This document shows, piece by piece, positions 19,636 through 30,400 of a stretch of DNA of 64,000 nucleotides. The notes below the pieces were generated by a model. It did not search any database. It was not told where the DNA came from and was given only the letters and a program-made list of their open reading frames with translations. The stretch spans positions 213,361 to 277,360 of the forward strand of contig CBDFFR010000004.1 of NCBI GenBank assembly GCA_965246845.1. Reading direction: 5' to 3'. The DNA comes from Aggregatilineales bacterium (lineage in GTDB: Bacteria; Chloroflexota; Anaerolineae; Aggregatilineales; UBA2796). Numbering within the stretch: position 1 is the stretch's first letter; every line of letters begins with the position of its first letter. A program made the translations under genes and the position numbers.

Positions 19636-20844
19636 GTGTATATGTCGCGGCGTGGCGATAAAAACCTGATACGCGCAATGAACCGCAATCTGGTTCTCAA
19701 TTTGCTGATCACCATCGGGGCGCTTTCCCGCTCGGAGATTGCACGGCGCAGCGGTTTGAGCAACGCCACCGTTACGGAGATTACCGCCGAACTCCTGACG
19801 CGCAGCCTTGTTGAAGAAGGCGAAGAAGGCGAATCGACGGGCGGGCGGCGTCCGCTGCTCTTGCGGCTGAACGCGCGTGCGGGCTATGTCGTCGGCGTCA
19901 AGCTGATGGAGGACGCGCTCACCTGCGCCGTGACCGACTTGCACGCGCAGGTCCTCTTTCACAAGATGTATCCGCTCGGCACGGACCACGCGCTGCCTGC
20001 AATACAACGCGCGTTCATCAAAGCGGTGATGGTGGCGATAGAGCAAGCAGGTATTAAACCAGAGCAAATTCTCGGTATCGGGATTGGCCTCGCGGGGGTC
20101 GTCGATTCGATGCGCGGTCTGATTCGTTATTCGCCATATTTCGGCTGGCGCGATGCCGATTTCGCGAGCGCGATCAGCGCACACTTTGCGCTCCCGGTCT
20201 ACCTGGAAAACGACGTGAATACGCTCACGCTTGCGGAACAGTGGTTCGGGCATGGGCGCGGCGTGGATAACTTCGCGGTAGTAACGGTCGGGCGTGGCAT
20301 TGGGAGCGGCTATGTCCTGAACGGGCAATTTTGTCACGACGCGGCGGGCGAGATCGGCCACACAACATTGATGTACGACGGTCCACTGTGTAGCTGTGGC
20401 AAGCGCGGCTGCCTCGAAGCGCTGGCTGCTGACCCCGCGGTCGTGAATGATTATTCGCTGACCGTGCCGCGTCGCGAGCTAACGCTTGATGATGTAGTCA
20501 GCGCCGCAGAGAACGGCGACGAAAACGCGCGCCGTTTCCTCAAACACGCTGGTACATATCTCGGAATTGGCATCGCGAACCTGATCAATACACTGAGTCC
20601 GCAGTTGGTCGTCATCAGCGGTGAAGGGCTGCGCGCCGGACCGATTCGGATCGAGGCGATGTACGCAGCTATCGCGGAGAACGTCTTCGCCGGGCTTGCC
20701 GAGCGCACGCAGCTCGTTACGGAGCTGATTGCGGATGAAACATGGGCGCGCGGCGCGGCGTGCGTCGTTCTCAATGAAATTTTCAAGTCGCCGATGGTTG
20801 GCGAATCGGAAATTATCGACCGACTAGTCGTGAAGGCAGTTTGA
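19636..20844 (+). CDS. ROK-family transcriptional regulator (NagC/XylR type)
   Basis: N-terminal wHTH (NRNLVLNLLITIGALSRSEIARRSGLSNATVTEI). ROK sugar-kinase-like domain with the CSCGKRGCLEA zinc motif. GTG at 19636 or ATG at 19642. Confidence 0.8.
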   Translation: MYMSRRGDKNLIRAMNRNLVLNLLITIGALSRSEIARRSGLSNATVTEITAELLTRSLVEEGEEGESTGGRRPLLLRLNARAGYVVGVKLMEDALTCAVTDLHAQVLFHKMYPLGTDHALPAIQRAFIKAVMVAIEQAGIKPEQILGIGIGLAGVVDSMRGLIRYSPYFGWRDADFASAISAHFALPVYLENDVNTLTLAEQWFGHGRGVDNFAVVTVGRGIGSGYVLNGQFCHDAAGEIGHTTLMYDGPLCSCGKRGCLEALAADPAVVNDYSLTVPRRELTLDDVVSAAENGDENARRFLKHAGTYLGIGIANLINTLSPQLVVISGEGLRAGPIRIEAMYAAIAENVFAGLAERTQLVTELIADETWARGAACVVLNEIFKSPMVGESEIIDRLVVKAV

Positions 20845-20866
20845 GTGCAATGTTTTTATTTGCCAG

Positions 20867-20888
20867 ACTTATTTCGGTGAGCGAAGGA
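20867..20888 (+). promoter_or_regulatory. Candidate operator (copy 2) ACTTATTTCGGTGAGCGAAGGA
   Basis: Second copy of the motif, immediately upstream of the first ABC permease gene. Confidence 0.5.
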
Positions 20889-20895
20889 TGTAATA

Positions 20896-21780
20896 ATGTA
20901 TCTCGCGGGTGAGCGGCGCTGGCGCAAAACGGGATGGGTGCTGCTCTTTCTCGCGCCGAGTCTGGCGGGATTGATCCTGTTTACGCTAGGACCGATCCTC
21001 GCCTCACTCGGACTGACACTTTTTCAATGGGATTTGATTCGCCTACCGGAATTTGTCGGGCTGGATAACTTCCGTGAGATTTTTGCGAGCAATGAATTCT
21101 GGTCCGCGCTTTCGCATACGCTGCAATTCGTCATCGGCTATATTCCGCTGGTGATGTTGCTCGCGCTCGGCGTCGCGCTTCTGCTCAACCAGCGAGTGCG
21201 CGGCCTCGCACTGTATCGCACGGCGTTTTTCATTCCGGTCGTGTCCTCGTGGGTCGTGATTTCGCTGCTCGGCAAGTGGGCGTTCAACCCGCGCTACGGG
21301 CTGGTGAACTATGCGCTTGGGTTAGTCGGCGTGCAGGGTCCGAACTGGCTGTTCAGTTCGCAATGGGCGATGCCCGCAATCATCCTGACGAGCGTGTGGA
21401 AGGACATCGGCTTCGTGATGGTGATGTTCCTCGCCGGGCTGCAATCGATTCCGCACGAATACCGCGAGGCGTCTTCGCTCGATGGTGCGCAGGCATGGAA
21501 CCATTTCCGCTGGATCACGTTGCCGCTGCTCTCGCCGACTACGTTCTTCGCGCTAATCATCTCGCTCATTGCGTCGTTTCAGGTCTTCGATCAGGTCTGG
21601 ATCATGTCGGAGACGGGAACGAAGAGCGCGACGACGGTGCTTGTCCAGCAAATCGTGCAGAATGCATTCAGTTATGGCCGGATGGGGACGGCGGCGGCGC
21701 TCTCATGGGTGCTGTTCGCGTTCATCTTCGCGATCACGCTCGTGCAATTGCGCTTGCAGCGGCGCTGGGTTGGCCTATGA
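20896..21780 (+). CDS. Carbohydrate ABC transporter permease (MalF/UgpA-like)
   Basis: 6-TM protein with the EAA-type loop (EASSLDGAQAWNHFRWITLPLLSP). Confidence 0.8.
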   Translation: MYLAGERRWRKTGWVLLFLAPSLAGLILFTLGPILASLGLTLFQWDLIRLPEFVGLDNFREIFASNEFWSALSHTLQFVIGYIPLVMLLALGVALLLNQRVRGLALYRTAFFIPVVSSWVVISLLGKWAFNPRYGLVNYALGLVGVQGPNWLFSSQWAMPAIILTSVWKDIGFVMVMFLAGLQSIPHEYREASSLDGAQAWNHFRWITLPLLSPTTFFALIISLIASFQVFDQVWIMSETGTKSATTVLVQQIVQNAFSYGRMGTAAALSWVLFAFIFAITLVQLRLQRRWVGL

Positions 21781-22661
21781 CTAGCCGCGCGCGAACCCTG
21801 CCAATTGCTTCGACAGCGCAGGATATTCATGCGCCGCGCGTAAGACTCTGGTTGCGCCGCGCCGCGCTGTACCTTACACTGACGGCGCTTGCGGGCGTGA
21901 TGCTCGTGCCATTTATCTGGATGGTTTCGACTTCGCTCACACAGGATCAATATGTCCTGAGCGCCACACCGTCGCTCATCCCAAACCCGGCTACGCTCGG
22001 CAGCTATCAGAAGTTGCTCGATTTGCTCAACATCGGCGGGATGTTCGTCAACAGCCTGTTCGTAGCGGTGCTGACAACCGCCGGGCAGGTCCTGACCTCC
22101 AGCATGGCGGCGTATGCTTTCGCGCGGATGCGCTGGCGCGGTCGGGATGTCGTCTTCGCGCTGTACCTGATTACGTTGATGGTCCCCGCGCAGGTGACGA
22201 TTGTGCCGCTGTTCATCCTGATGCGGCTGTTCGGCTGGGTGAACACCTATCAGGCATTGATCCTGCCGGGGCTGTTCAGTGCGTTCGGGACGTTCCTGTT
22301 GCGGCAAGCCTTCCTGACAATCCCGCGCGAAATCGAAGAGGCGGCGTTCATTGATGGCGCATCGCACTGGACCGTCTTCCGGCGCGTGGTCCTGCCGCTC
22401 GTCAAGCCGGGTCTGGCGACGCTGACGGTATTCAGCTTCATGGGGAGCTGGAATGCGTACCTGTGGCCGCTATTCGTCGCGCGGCAGGACTCGATGCTCA
22501 CGCTTCCGGTCGGACTGGCGCGGCTGCACGGCCAATATCTGACGCAGTGGAACCTCGTCATGGCAGGCGCGGTAATCAGCATCATTCCGATCCTGATCGT
22601 CTATCTCTTCGCACAGCGGGCGTTCGTGCGCGGGATCGCGCTCAGTGGCTTGAAAGGTTGA
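21777..22661 (+). CDS. Carbohydrate ABC transporter permease (MalG/UgpE-like)
   Basis: In-frame ATG at 21777 overlaps the upstream stop (ATGA). EAA loop EEAAFIDGASHWTVFRRVVLPLVKP. The listed ORF 21249.. is an upstream extension. Confidence 0.8.
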   Translation: MTSRARTLPIASTAQDIHAPRVRLWLRRAALYLTLTALAGVMLVPFIWMVSTSLTQDQYVLSATPSLIPNPATLGSYQKLLDLLNIGGMFVNSLFVAVLTTAGQVLTSSMAAYAFARMRWRGRDVVFALYLITLMVPAQVTIVPLFILMRLFGWVNTYQALILPGLFSAFGTFLLRQAFLTIPREIEEAAFIDGASHWTVFRRVVLPLVKPGLATLTVFSFMGSWNAYLWPLFVARQDSMLTLPVGLARLHGQYLTQWNLVMAGAVISIIPILIVYLFAQRAFVRGIALSGLKG

Positions 22662-22744
22662 AAGGGGGTGATGCGCGACAAGGTTCTCAGTTGTGAATTG
22701 CACAAACTCTACGTTTTGACGTTTTACCAGGAAAGGTTCTGAAA

Positions 22745-23995
22745 ATGAAGACTCGCCGTTTTATCACCGTGTTGCTGGCCGCGCTGTTGCTACTGGCATT
22801 CGTTCCGGGGTTCCGCGCGCAAGCGCAGACGACCACGATCACCTATTTCACATTCTCCGCCGCGCCTGACCATCTGAAAGACCTCGACTTGATGATCGCG
22901 GATTTCAAGAAGGCAAACGCGGGTATCGATGTAAAGGTACAGACCGCGCCTTTCGCGGATTATTTCACGCTGCTCCAGACTGACCTGAACGGCGGCGCGG
23001 GACCCGATGTGTTCGAGCTGAACTATGAAAACTTCGTAACTTATGCGGCGAAGAATGTCCTGCTCGACCTGAGCAGCCAGACCGCGCAAGACAAGACGTG
23101 GGACGCGAAAGCGTATTACGGACGTGCGCTCGAAATTTTCCAGCAAAAGGGGAAGCAATTCGGGCTACCGGAGAGCTTCTCAACGGTCGTGCTGCTCTAC
23201 AACAAGGCGCTTTTCGACGCGGCCAAGGTCGATTATCCGAAAGCTGATTGGACTTGGCAGGATGCAATCGCGGCGGCCAAGAAGCTGACGGACAAGAGCA
23301 AAGGTGTGTGGGGCTTGTATTCACCCGTGCAGTTCTACGAGTTCTTCAAGAAGGCAGCGCAGGGCGATTGCAAGTTCTTCAATGAGGCGCAGACTGAATC
23401 GCTGCTCAACTCGCCGGAATGCGTCACCGTCCTGAACACGATGCTCAGTTTCACCAAAGAAGGCGTCATGCCGACCCCGGTGGACCTCGGCGGCGTGAAG
23501 GACGACGAACTGTTCAAATCGGGCAAGCTGGCGATGTGGGTCAATGGCATCTGGCAGTTTTCCGCGATGAAAGACGCGCCGTTCGCGTGGGACATCCAGC
23601 TTGAGCCGGGCATCACGCGCAAGGCGCATCACTTTTTCGCGAATGCGGTTGCCGTGAACGCAAACAGCAAGAATGCACAGGCGGCCTACACATGGGCGCG
23701 CTTCTTCACGAGCAGCCCCGCCGCCGCGAGGACGCGCGTCACAGCTAGTTGGGAACTCCCGGCGCTGACCGATAAAACGCTCGTTGCGGATTACCTCAAG
23801 GTGACGCCGCCCGCCAACCGTCAGGCCGTCTTCGACGCGCTGAACTCGGTTATCCCAATCCCGGTGATCGAGCGTCAGAGTGAGATGCAGGATAAAGTCA
23901 CCGCCGCACTCGACAAGGCTGTGAGCGGTGAATTCACACCGCAGCAGGCACTCGATCAGGCGAAGAAGGACGTGGATGCGCTGTTGAAGAAGTAG
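22745..23995 (+). CDS. Extracellular sugar-binding protein of the ABC transporter
   Basis: Signal peptide MKTRRFITVLLAALLLLAFVPGFRAQAQ. 416 aa, with family-1 SBP size and position. Confidence 0.75.
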   Translation: MKTRRFITVLLAALLLLAFVPGFRAQAQTTTITYFTFSAAPDHLKDLDLMIADFKKANAGIDVKVQTAPFADYFTLLQTDLNGGAGPDVFELNYENFVTYAAKNVLLDLSSQTAQDKTWDAKAYYGRALEIFQQKGKQFGLPESFSTVVLLYNKALFDAAKVDYPKADWTWQDAIAAAKKLTDKSKGVWGLYSPVQFYEFFKKAAQGDCKFFNEAQTESLLNSPECVTVLNTMLSFTKEGVMPTPVDLGGVKDDELFKSGKLAMWVNGIWQFSAMKDAPFAWDIQLEPGITRKAHHFFANAVAVNANSKNAQAAYTWARFFTSSPAAARTRVTASWELPALTDKTLVADYLKVTPPANRQAVFDALNSVIPIPVIERQSEMQDKVTAALDKAVSGEFTPQQALDQAKKDVDALLKK

Positions 23996-24034
23996 CAAAG
24001 ATAGATCGGGCGCGGGGCTAAAGCCACCGCGCTA

Positions 24035-24070
24035 TTACGGTCCGGTGTAGCAGCCGCAATCGGACCGTAA
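24035..24070 (+). terminator. Candidate stem-loop terminator after the SBP gene
   Basis: Perfect 10-bp stem ttacggtccg/cggaccgtaa with a 16-nt loop, followed only by TT. The T-tract is weak. Confidence 0.35.
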
Positions 24071-24134
24071 TTGACCGATCTATTCATGGTCGTGCGGCAA
24101 CCAGATAATCAATCAAAGGAAAATGTAGAGCGCT

Positions 24135-25223
24135 ATGACCAATCTGCACACGCGCAGTATCGAAATCATTCTGGAAGGGCAAGCTGCAAGCGGTGCATAT
24201 ATCGCGTCGCCGAATTTCAGCCAGTATGGGGCGTGCTGGCTGCGCGATGGGACGTGGATCGCGTATGCGATGGATTGTGTCGGGCAGCACGACAGCGCGC
24301 GGAAGTTTTACGAGTGGACCGACCGCACGCTGCGACCATTGGCCGGGCAGGTGGACCGTCTGATTGCAAAAATGGAACGCGGGGAGACGCCGGACGAGTC
24401 GGATTATCTGCCGACGCGCTTCACGCTAGATGGTGGGCTGGTTCCCGGCCACTGGGGAGATTTTCAACTGGATGGTTACGGAACGTGGTTGTGGGGGCTT
24501 TTGCAGCACGTCGGGTTAACCGATGACGGCGAATTCTACTCAAATGTATATCCTACGGTTCAGCTTGTGACGCGCTACCTGGCGGCGTTATGGCAGCAGC
24601 CGAATTACGATTGCTGGGAAGAGAACCGCGAGCATATTCATCCTGCGACACTGGCCGCGATCTATAGTGGCTTGAATGAAATAGCATTAGCAGACCCGGC
24701 ATTGAATACGCGCGCTGTCGCAGATGCAGTCCGGCAATTCACGCTTGAGCGCGGCGTCACCGACGGTCATTTCGTGAAATATTTCGGCAATCCGGCAGTC
24801 GATAGTAGTTTGCTCTGGATGGCGGTTCCCTATGGTCTTGTTGGGACGACCGATCCGCTTTTCGAGGAAACATTGCGCCGAATCGAGGATGATCTGCACC
24901 GTCCGGGCGGCGGTGTGTATCGCTACCTCAAGGATGTGTACTTCGGCGGCGGTGAATGGCTGCTGCTGACTGCATGGCTTGGGTGGGTATATGTCATGCG
25001 CGAAGAACGCGAGCGTGCGGCGGCGCTGCTGCACTGGATTGAAACACAGGCTGATGCAGAGGGATTGCTGCCGGAACAGATCACGGACCATTCACTTGCG
25101 CCGGAACATTACCAGACATGGGTAGACAAGTGGGGAGTTGTCGCGACTCCGCTGCTCTGGTCGCACGCCATGTATCTTATTTTTGTCGAGTATTTGAACA
25201 CAAACAGGAACATCGCTCAATGA
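24135..25223 (+). CDS. Glycoside hydrolase family 15 (glucoamylase-like catalytic domain)
   Basis: Motifs ACWLRDGTW, FQLDGYGTWLW and NYDCWEE are typical of the GH15 (alpha/alpha)6 domain. Confidence 0.7.
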   Translation: MTNLHTRSIEIILEGQAASGAYIASPNFSQYGACWLRDGTWIAYAMDCVGQHDSARKFYEWTDRTLRPLAGQVDRLIAKMERGETPDESDYLPTRFTLDGGLVPGHWGDFQLDGYGTWLWGLLQHVGLTDDGEFYSNVYPTVQLVTRYLAALWQQPNYDCWEENREHIHPATLAAIYSGLNEIALADPALNTRAVADAVRQFTLERGVTDGHFVKYFGNPAVDSSLLWMAVPYGLVGTTDPLFEETLRRIEDDLHRPGGGVYRYLKDVYFGGGEWLLLTAWLGWVYVMREERERAAALLHWIETQADAEGLLPEQITDHSLAPEHYQTWVDKWGVVATPLLWSHAMYLIFVEYLNTNRNIAQ

Positions 25224-27460
25224 ATGCCCTGCCTCAATCTCTGGTTCATATCCCATTCGGCAACGAACACCCTTACGAACAGGAACCCATCGAGCGCACG
25301 CCGCGCCATCCGCTGGCCGGGCAACCTGTGCGGCTCGGTGTGCAAGCACAGCCGGAAACAGCGCAGGTGCGGGTCGAATGGCAGGTGAATGGCGTGCCAC
25401 AGACTGCAATCGCGGCGCAAAGGCTGGCAGATCGTGGGGGAGATGAGCGTAATGCGCAATATTCCGACCTGTGGCAGACTGAACTCCCCGCGCAACCTGA
25501 CGGCGCGAATGTGACGTACTGGCTTGTCGATGATACAGGCCATGCAACAGCACAATTTAAATATAAGGTACGCGGCTGGCAGGACGCGCCGCAGCTTGGC
25601 GTGAAGTGGCAGCAGGTGAAGCCGGGTGTTTGGCGCGGCAAGTTGAGCGACAGTGCAATGGGCGAGGTTCCATTATCGTTACTGCGCGCGGAACAGCTCG
25701 ACGGCGATCACGCGGAAACGCAGCGCGCCCGGCTGACCTTCGCCTCTCCAATTGATGAGGCATTTTATGGCTTCGGCGAGCGATTTAATGTACTCGATCA
25801 GCGCGGCCAACGGGTGGACGTGCGTTGCTTCGAGCAATACAAGACGCAATACGAAGGGACACGAACGTATATCCCGATGCCGTTCTTCGTCTCGTCGCGC
25901 GGGTACGGGCTACTGGTCGAGTCGCCGCGCTATATGGCCTTCGATCTGGCGGCGAGCGTAGCGGATACGTGGACACTCGAAGCGGAAACAGACGAAGACG
26001 GCGCGTTGGAATTCGTCTTATTCGTGAATGATCATCTGCTCGCAATCACGGGGATGTTCTGCGATTACACGGGCAAACCGGAGTTGCCGCCCGATTGGGC
26101 GTTCGGGTTGTGGATGAGTGGCAACGAATGGAACTCGCAGGCGCGCGTCGTGGAAGAGGTAAACGCGACCTTGCAGCACGACATTCCTGCAACGGTGCTG
26201 GTGATTGAGGCATGGAGCGATGAAGCGACGTTCTATATATGGAACGATGCGCAATATTTGCCGCAAGCGGGCGCAGAGCGTTTTCGCTATGCCGATTTCA
26301 CCTTCCCACCAGATGGCAAATGGTACGACCCGAAGGCGATGATCGATTGGCTTCATTCGCTCGGTATACGGATCATCCTCTGGCAGGTCCCGGCATTCAA
26401 GAAAGCGGACGCGCCGCAGGCGCAGCACGACGCCGATACCGCGCACTTTATCGAACATGGATACGCGGTCAAGGATGCGAATGGCGAACCGCACCGCATT
26501 CGCCCGTTCTGGTTTCGCGGCGGGATGCTCTGGGATGTGACGAACCCCGCTGCGCGCGAGTGGTGGCTCGGCAAGCGTGAATATCTGCTTGAAGACCTGC
26601 ACATCGACGGCTTCAAGACAGATGGCGGCGAACATCTGTGGGGTTATGATGTGCAGTTCGCGGATGGGCGCACAGGCGCGGAACTCTGGAATGAATATCC
26701 CCTGCAATATATCAAGGCGTATCACGAGTTTGCGAAGCAGCACAACCCGGACTCGCTCACGTTCAGCCGTGCCGGGTTCACGGGTGCAGGGCGCTTCCCG
26801 GCACATTGGGCAGGCGACGAGAACTCGACGTGGGAGGCGTTCCGTGGGTCGATCCTCGCGGGGTTGTCGGCGGGTATCTCCGGCATCCCGTTTTGGGGGT
26901 GGGACATCGGTGGGTTTAGCGGCGACATTCCGAGCGCCGAATTATACCTGCGTGCGGCGGCAATGGCGGCGTTCTGCCCGATCATGCAGTATCACGCGGA
27001 GTACAACGCGCACCAATTGCCGCGCCGTGATCGCACACCCTGGAATATCGCGGAGCGCACCGGAGATGAGCGCGTCATTCCGGTTTTCCGAAAGTTCGTG
27101 AAACTGCGCGAACAGTTGATGCCGTACATTTTGAAGGAGGCAGCATATAGCGCGGAGACGGGTCTGCCGATGATGCGAGCGCTGCCGCTGGTCTACCCGA
27201 ACGATGTGGCTTGCCGAGCATTCCCGTACCAATATCTTTTCGGTCGTAATCTGCTGGTCGCGCCCGTGACGGAGCCGGGCGAGGAAACATGGCGGGTCTA
27301 TCTACCGGTGGGGGAATGGACCAATTACTGGACGGGTGAGCGTGTGGAAGGCGGGCAGGTGATTACGCGCGATGTAGCGCTGGATGTAATTCCGGTGTAC
27401 ACGCGCACTGGTTTCACCCAAACACCTCATACGCAATCAACTCCAGTTCCTCCGCTTTGA
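25220..27460 (+). CDS. Glycoside hydrolase family 31 (alpha-glucosidase/alpha-xylosidase-like)
   Basis: The ATG at 25220 overlaps the GH15 stop (ATGA). Motifs GLWMSGNEW, IDGFKTDGGE and HWAGDENSTWE. Confidence 0.8.
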   Translation: MNALPQSLVHIPFGNEHPYEQEPIERTPRHPLAGQPVRLGVQAQPETAQVRVEWQVNGVPQTAIAAQRLADRGGDERNAQYSDLWQTELPAQPDGANVTYWLVDDTGHATAQFKYKVRGWQDAPQLGVKWQQVKPGVWRGKLSDSAMGEVPLSLLRAEQLDGDHAETQRARLTFASPIDEAFYGFGERFNVLDQRGQRVDVRCFEQYKTQYEGTRTYIPMPFFVSSRGYGLLVESPRYMAFDLAASVADTWTLEAETDEDGALEFVLFVNDHLLAITGMFCDYTGKPELPPDWAFGLWMSGNEWNSQARVVEEVNATLQHDIPATVLVIEAWSDEATFYIWNDAQYLPQAGAERFRYADFTFPPDGKWYDPKAMIDWLHSLGIRIILWQVPAFKKADAPQAQHDADTAHFIEHGYAVKDANGEPHRIRPFWFRGGMLWDVTNPAAREWWLGKREYLLEDLHIDGFKTDGGEHLWGYDVQFADGRTGAELWNEYPLQYIKAYHEFAKQHNPDSLTFSRAGFTGAGRFPAHWAGDENSTWEAFRGSILAGLSAGISGIPFWGWDIGGFSGDIPSAELYLRAAAMAAFCPIMQYHAEYNAHQLPRRDRTPWNIAERTGDERVIPVFRKFVKLREQLMPYILKEAAYSAETGLPMMRALPLVYPNDVACRAFPYQYLFGRNLLVAPVTEPGEETWRVYLPVGEWTNYWTGERVEGGQVITRDVALDVIPVYTRTGFTQTPHTQSTPVPPL

Positions 27461-30400
27461 CCTGCTCGAAGGTGGAGGGGCGCGCGACCTCGCGGTACAG
27501 GTCGTTCTCGATGAAGAACTCGTCAAGCGCGCGGATGAGCGTAAGCGTGTCCTGCTGCTCACGGTTGCTTGCTTGGATGGCCTTCAGGTGCGTGTCCTTG
27601 CGGAACGGATCAAGCGAGACGGTTTGCAGGGTGTCCGTGACGCGCTTGCGCAGCGCGTCCAGCCCGGCCTGACCTTCCGGCGTGTCGATGGGTGCGGAGA
27701 ACAACCCGGTCTGGTTGATAGAGGCGGCCAGATCATTGTTTAGCCTGCCGAGTCGCGGCGGGATGCTGCGCGCCCGAACAGCGCTGTTGATTTCCTTGAG
27801 GACGTCATCGGTGGCGCGCTCAAGCAGGTCGTAGACCTCGAAGCCGGACGGCAGGACACGCTTCTCGTTCATCGGCGTGAGGAGGTAGCGGAAAAGTCGG
27901 CGCTTATCGGAGATGATCTCGCCTTCGTTGGTGTACAGCCGCCAGAAGTGACGGTCGCCCGCTATAAACGCGAAGAACACGCCGGAGGGTCGCGGCGACT
28001 TCGCGATGCCAGAGCCGATTCCTTTCGGGATGGCGCGCACACGCTCCAGGCCGACCTGTTGCAGGAAGATCGTCAGGGGCAGCTTCATCTCGTCGGTGGA
28101 GACGAGTTCGGCATCACGTTCGAGTTCTTCCACGAAGGACGAGTCGCCCGCGCGCAGCTTACGAAGCTGATCCAGCGAGCGCGTGCCAATGACTTCACCC
28201 AGCACACTCGCATCCAGGCCGACGGTGGTATCTATCGCGCGGATACGCTCTTGCAATCGCTCGACCAGACCGAGCAGGCTCTCCAAGCCCTGCTGCGGGA
28301 AGCAGTTGTAGATGTCGAGTTCCGCGAACTGCGTACCGAGTCGGTCGATGCGGCCTGCGCGCTGGATCATGCGGATGGGCGTCCAGTGCAGGTCGAAGTT
28401 GACGATCACGCCTGCATCTTGCAGGTTCTGGCCTTCGGAGAGGACATCGGTAGAGATCAGGATGTCAATTTCAGGTTGATTGCTGAGGACGCTCTGCACC
28501 GTCTCTTCCGCGCCCTTGTTGGCGATGGGAGCGAAACGCCGCACCAGCGATTCACGGTTCGCGCCATCGGAGCCGCCGTGTATCACTTCGATGATGGGTG
28601 CGCGGCTCCATTTCGATTGCCAGTGCGGATCGTTGCGGAGGGCATCGTAGACATACTGTGCGGTATCGCGATAGTAGCTGAACAGGAGGACTTTTCGGTT
28701 CGCGAGTTCGCCACCGAGCAGGGCTTTGACTTCGCTGAGTTTAGTGTCACGCTTGCTTTCGTCGTCGAGGCGCTGGATCAGGTTCACTTTGTCGAGGATG
28801 GCATCCAGTGCTTCAATGTCGCGTTCCAATTCGCGGCGGATTTTGCGCAAGTCGTACTGCCCGATTTCGACCTCTTCCAATGTGTCGATCAGTGTGGCTA
28901 CGTTTTCGCTGCTGTCGTCCTCTGCGCCTTCGATGGCGAGCAGCTTGCGGTTGGCGGCGCTATCGAGCAGACGATTTTGCGAGATCAGGATTTGGTAGAA
29001 GCGTTCCTGATATTCGCGCTGCTTCTCGATGCTCATGCGGAACGCGGTCAGTGAACTTTCGAGGCGTTTCAGGTAGAGCGTTTTGAGGATGGCGATGATC
29101 GCTTCCGAACTTTGCAGCTTCTTCTTCGATTCGGCGTCGCGGTCGCCCTTGCGGTGCTGCTCGATGTTGAAGCTGATCAGGTGCAGGCTATCGATGAGGG
29201 TGGCGATCTGCTCGTAGAAGCCGTCGTAGGTGGTCATCAGGTCGTAGTTGACACTGTGCAAGCGACGCTCCGGGAAGTGGATTACGCCTTTGCCGGGCAG
29301 CCGGATTTCCTCGCCTGCCGCTTGCCGCTGCTTGACATCCTGCCGGGAGCGGCGCACCATCACCTGTTCGAGCAGGGTGAAGATGTCGAGGCCGCCGTCC
29401 TGCACTTCGCGGAAGAAGCCTTTCAGGTTGCGGATGCCGTAGTCGCGGAAGAAAGCGTCCTGTCCGCGCGTGATGAACGAGAGCTGGTTGTAGAGGTCCC
29501 AGATAGAGTTGTTGATCGGCGTGGCGGTCATCAGGATGACCGTTTTTTCGGGTTTACCCGTCGCGAGCAGCTTCATCAGGTTGCCGTAACGACCCGTACC
29601 AGGATTGCGGAAGTTGTGCGACTCGTCCACGAGGATTACATCATAGCCGTTGAACGCCTTCCAATCGAAGTTGGCGCGGCCAAGCGACTCCTGCGAGATG
29701 ACATCGGCTTTGATGCCGTACTCGTTCAGCTTCGGCTCCCAGATCAGTTCGCGAAGCTGCGCGGGACAGATGACCAGCCCTTTCGGAATGAACCCCTTGC
29801 GGCGCTTGCCAAGGACGTAGTGTTCCAGCAAGCCCATCCCGATGTACGTCTTGCCGAGGCCGACCGCATCCGAGACGATGACGCCGCCGTGACGGTCAAT
29901 CAGGCGGATCGCCTCGCGCAAGCCTTCCTGCTGGAAGCTGGCGAGTTCGACGCCGAGCCGCGCCTCGATGCTTTCCGGGAGGATGCGGTCTTTGAAGTAT
30001 TCGTAGAGGACTTTGATGAAGACATCGTGCGGCGTCCAGCGCGCACCGTCGAACTTCGAGTCGCGGAGCATGTCGATCAGCAGGCGCTTCTGGTCCTCGC
30101 CTTCGGACCACATTCCCGCATACCAGTTCTCGCGCAGGTCACGCACGACGGGACCTTCCTGCCGGGTGATGTTGAGTTCGGCGCGGCGCGTCATACCCGA
30201 AGGCGTGAAGTTGCTGCTGCCGACGATGGCAAAATTGGGCATGAGGTAGGCTTTGGCGTGCAGGAACGAGCGCGCATAGAAGCGGACTTCGGCGCTGTCG
30301 CGTTCGAGAAAAGCACACAGGTCGTCAATGAGGCGAGCGTATTCACGGTTGAGCGGCAATTTTTCGAGGTCGCCACGCAGCTTGTCGCGGTAGTAGCGGC

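Noticed and set aside
19417-20361. 314-aa minus-strand ORF overlapping the ROK regulator
   Set aside because: It is antisense to a well-supported ROK gene and has an Arg-rich, low-complexity translation.
21249-21776. Upstream part of ORF 21249..22661
   Set aside because: It overlaps the first permease in another frame. The second permease starts at the ATGA overlap at 21777.
23321-26806. Minus-strand ORFs 23321..23998 and 26018..26806 within the SBP and GH31 genes
   Set aside because: They are antisense shadows of well-supported plus-strand genes.
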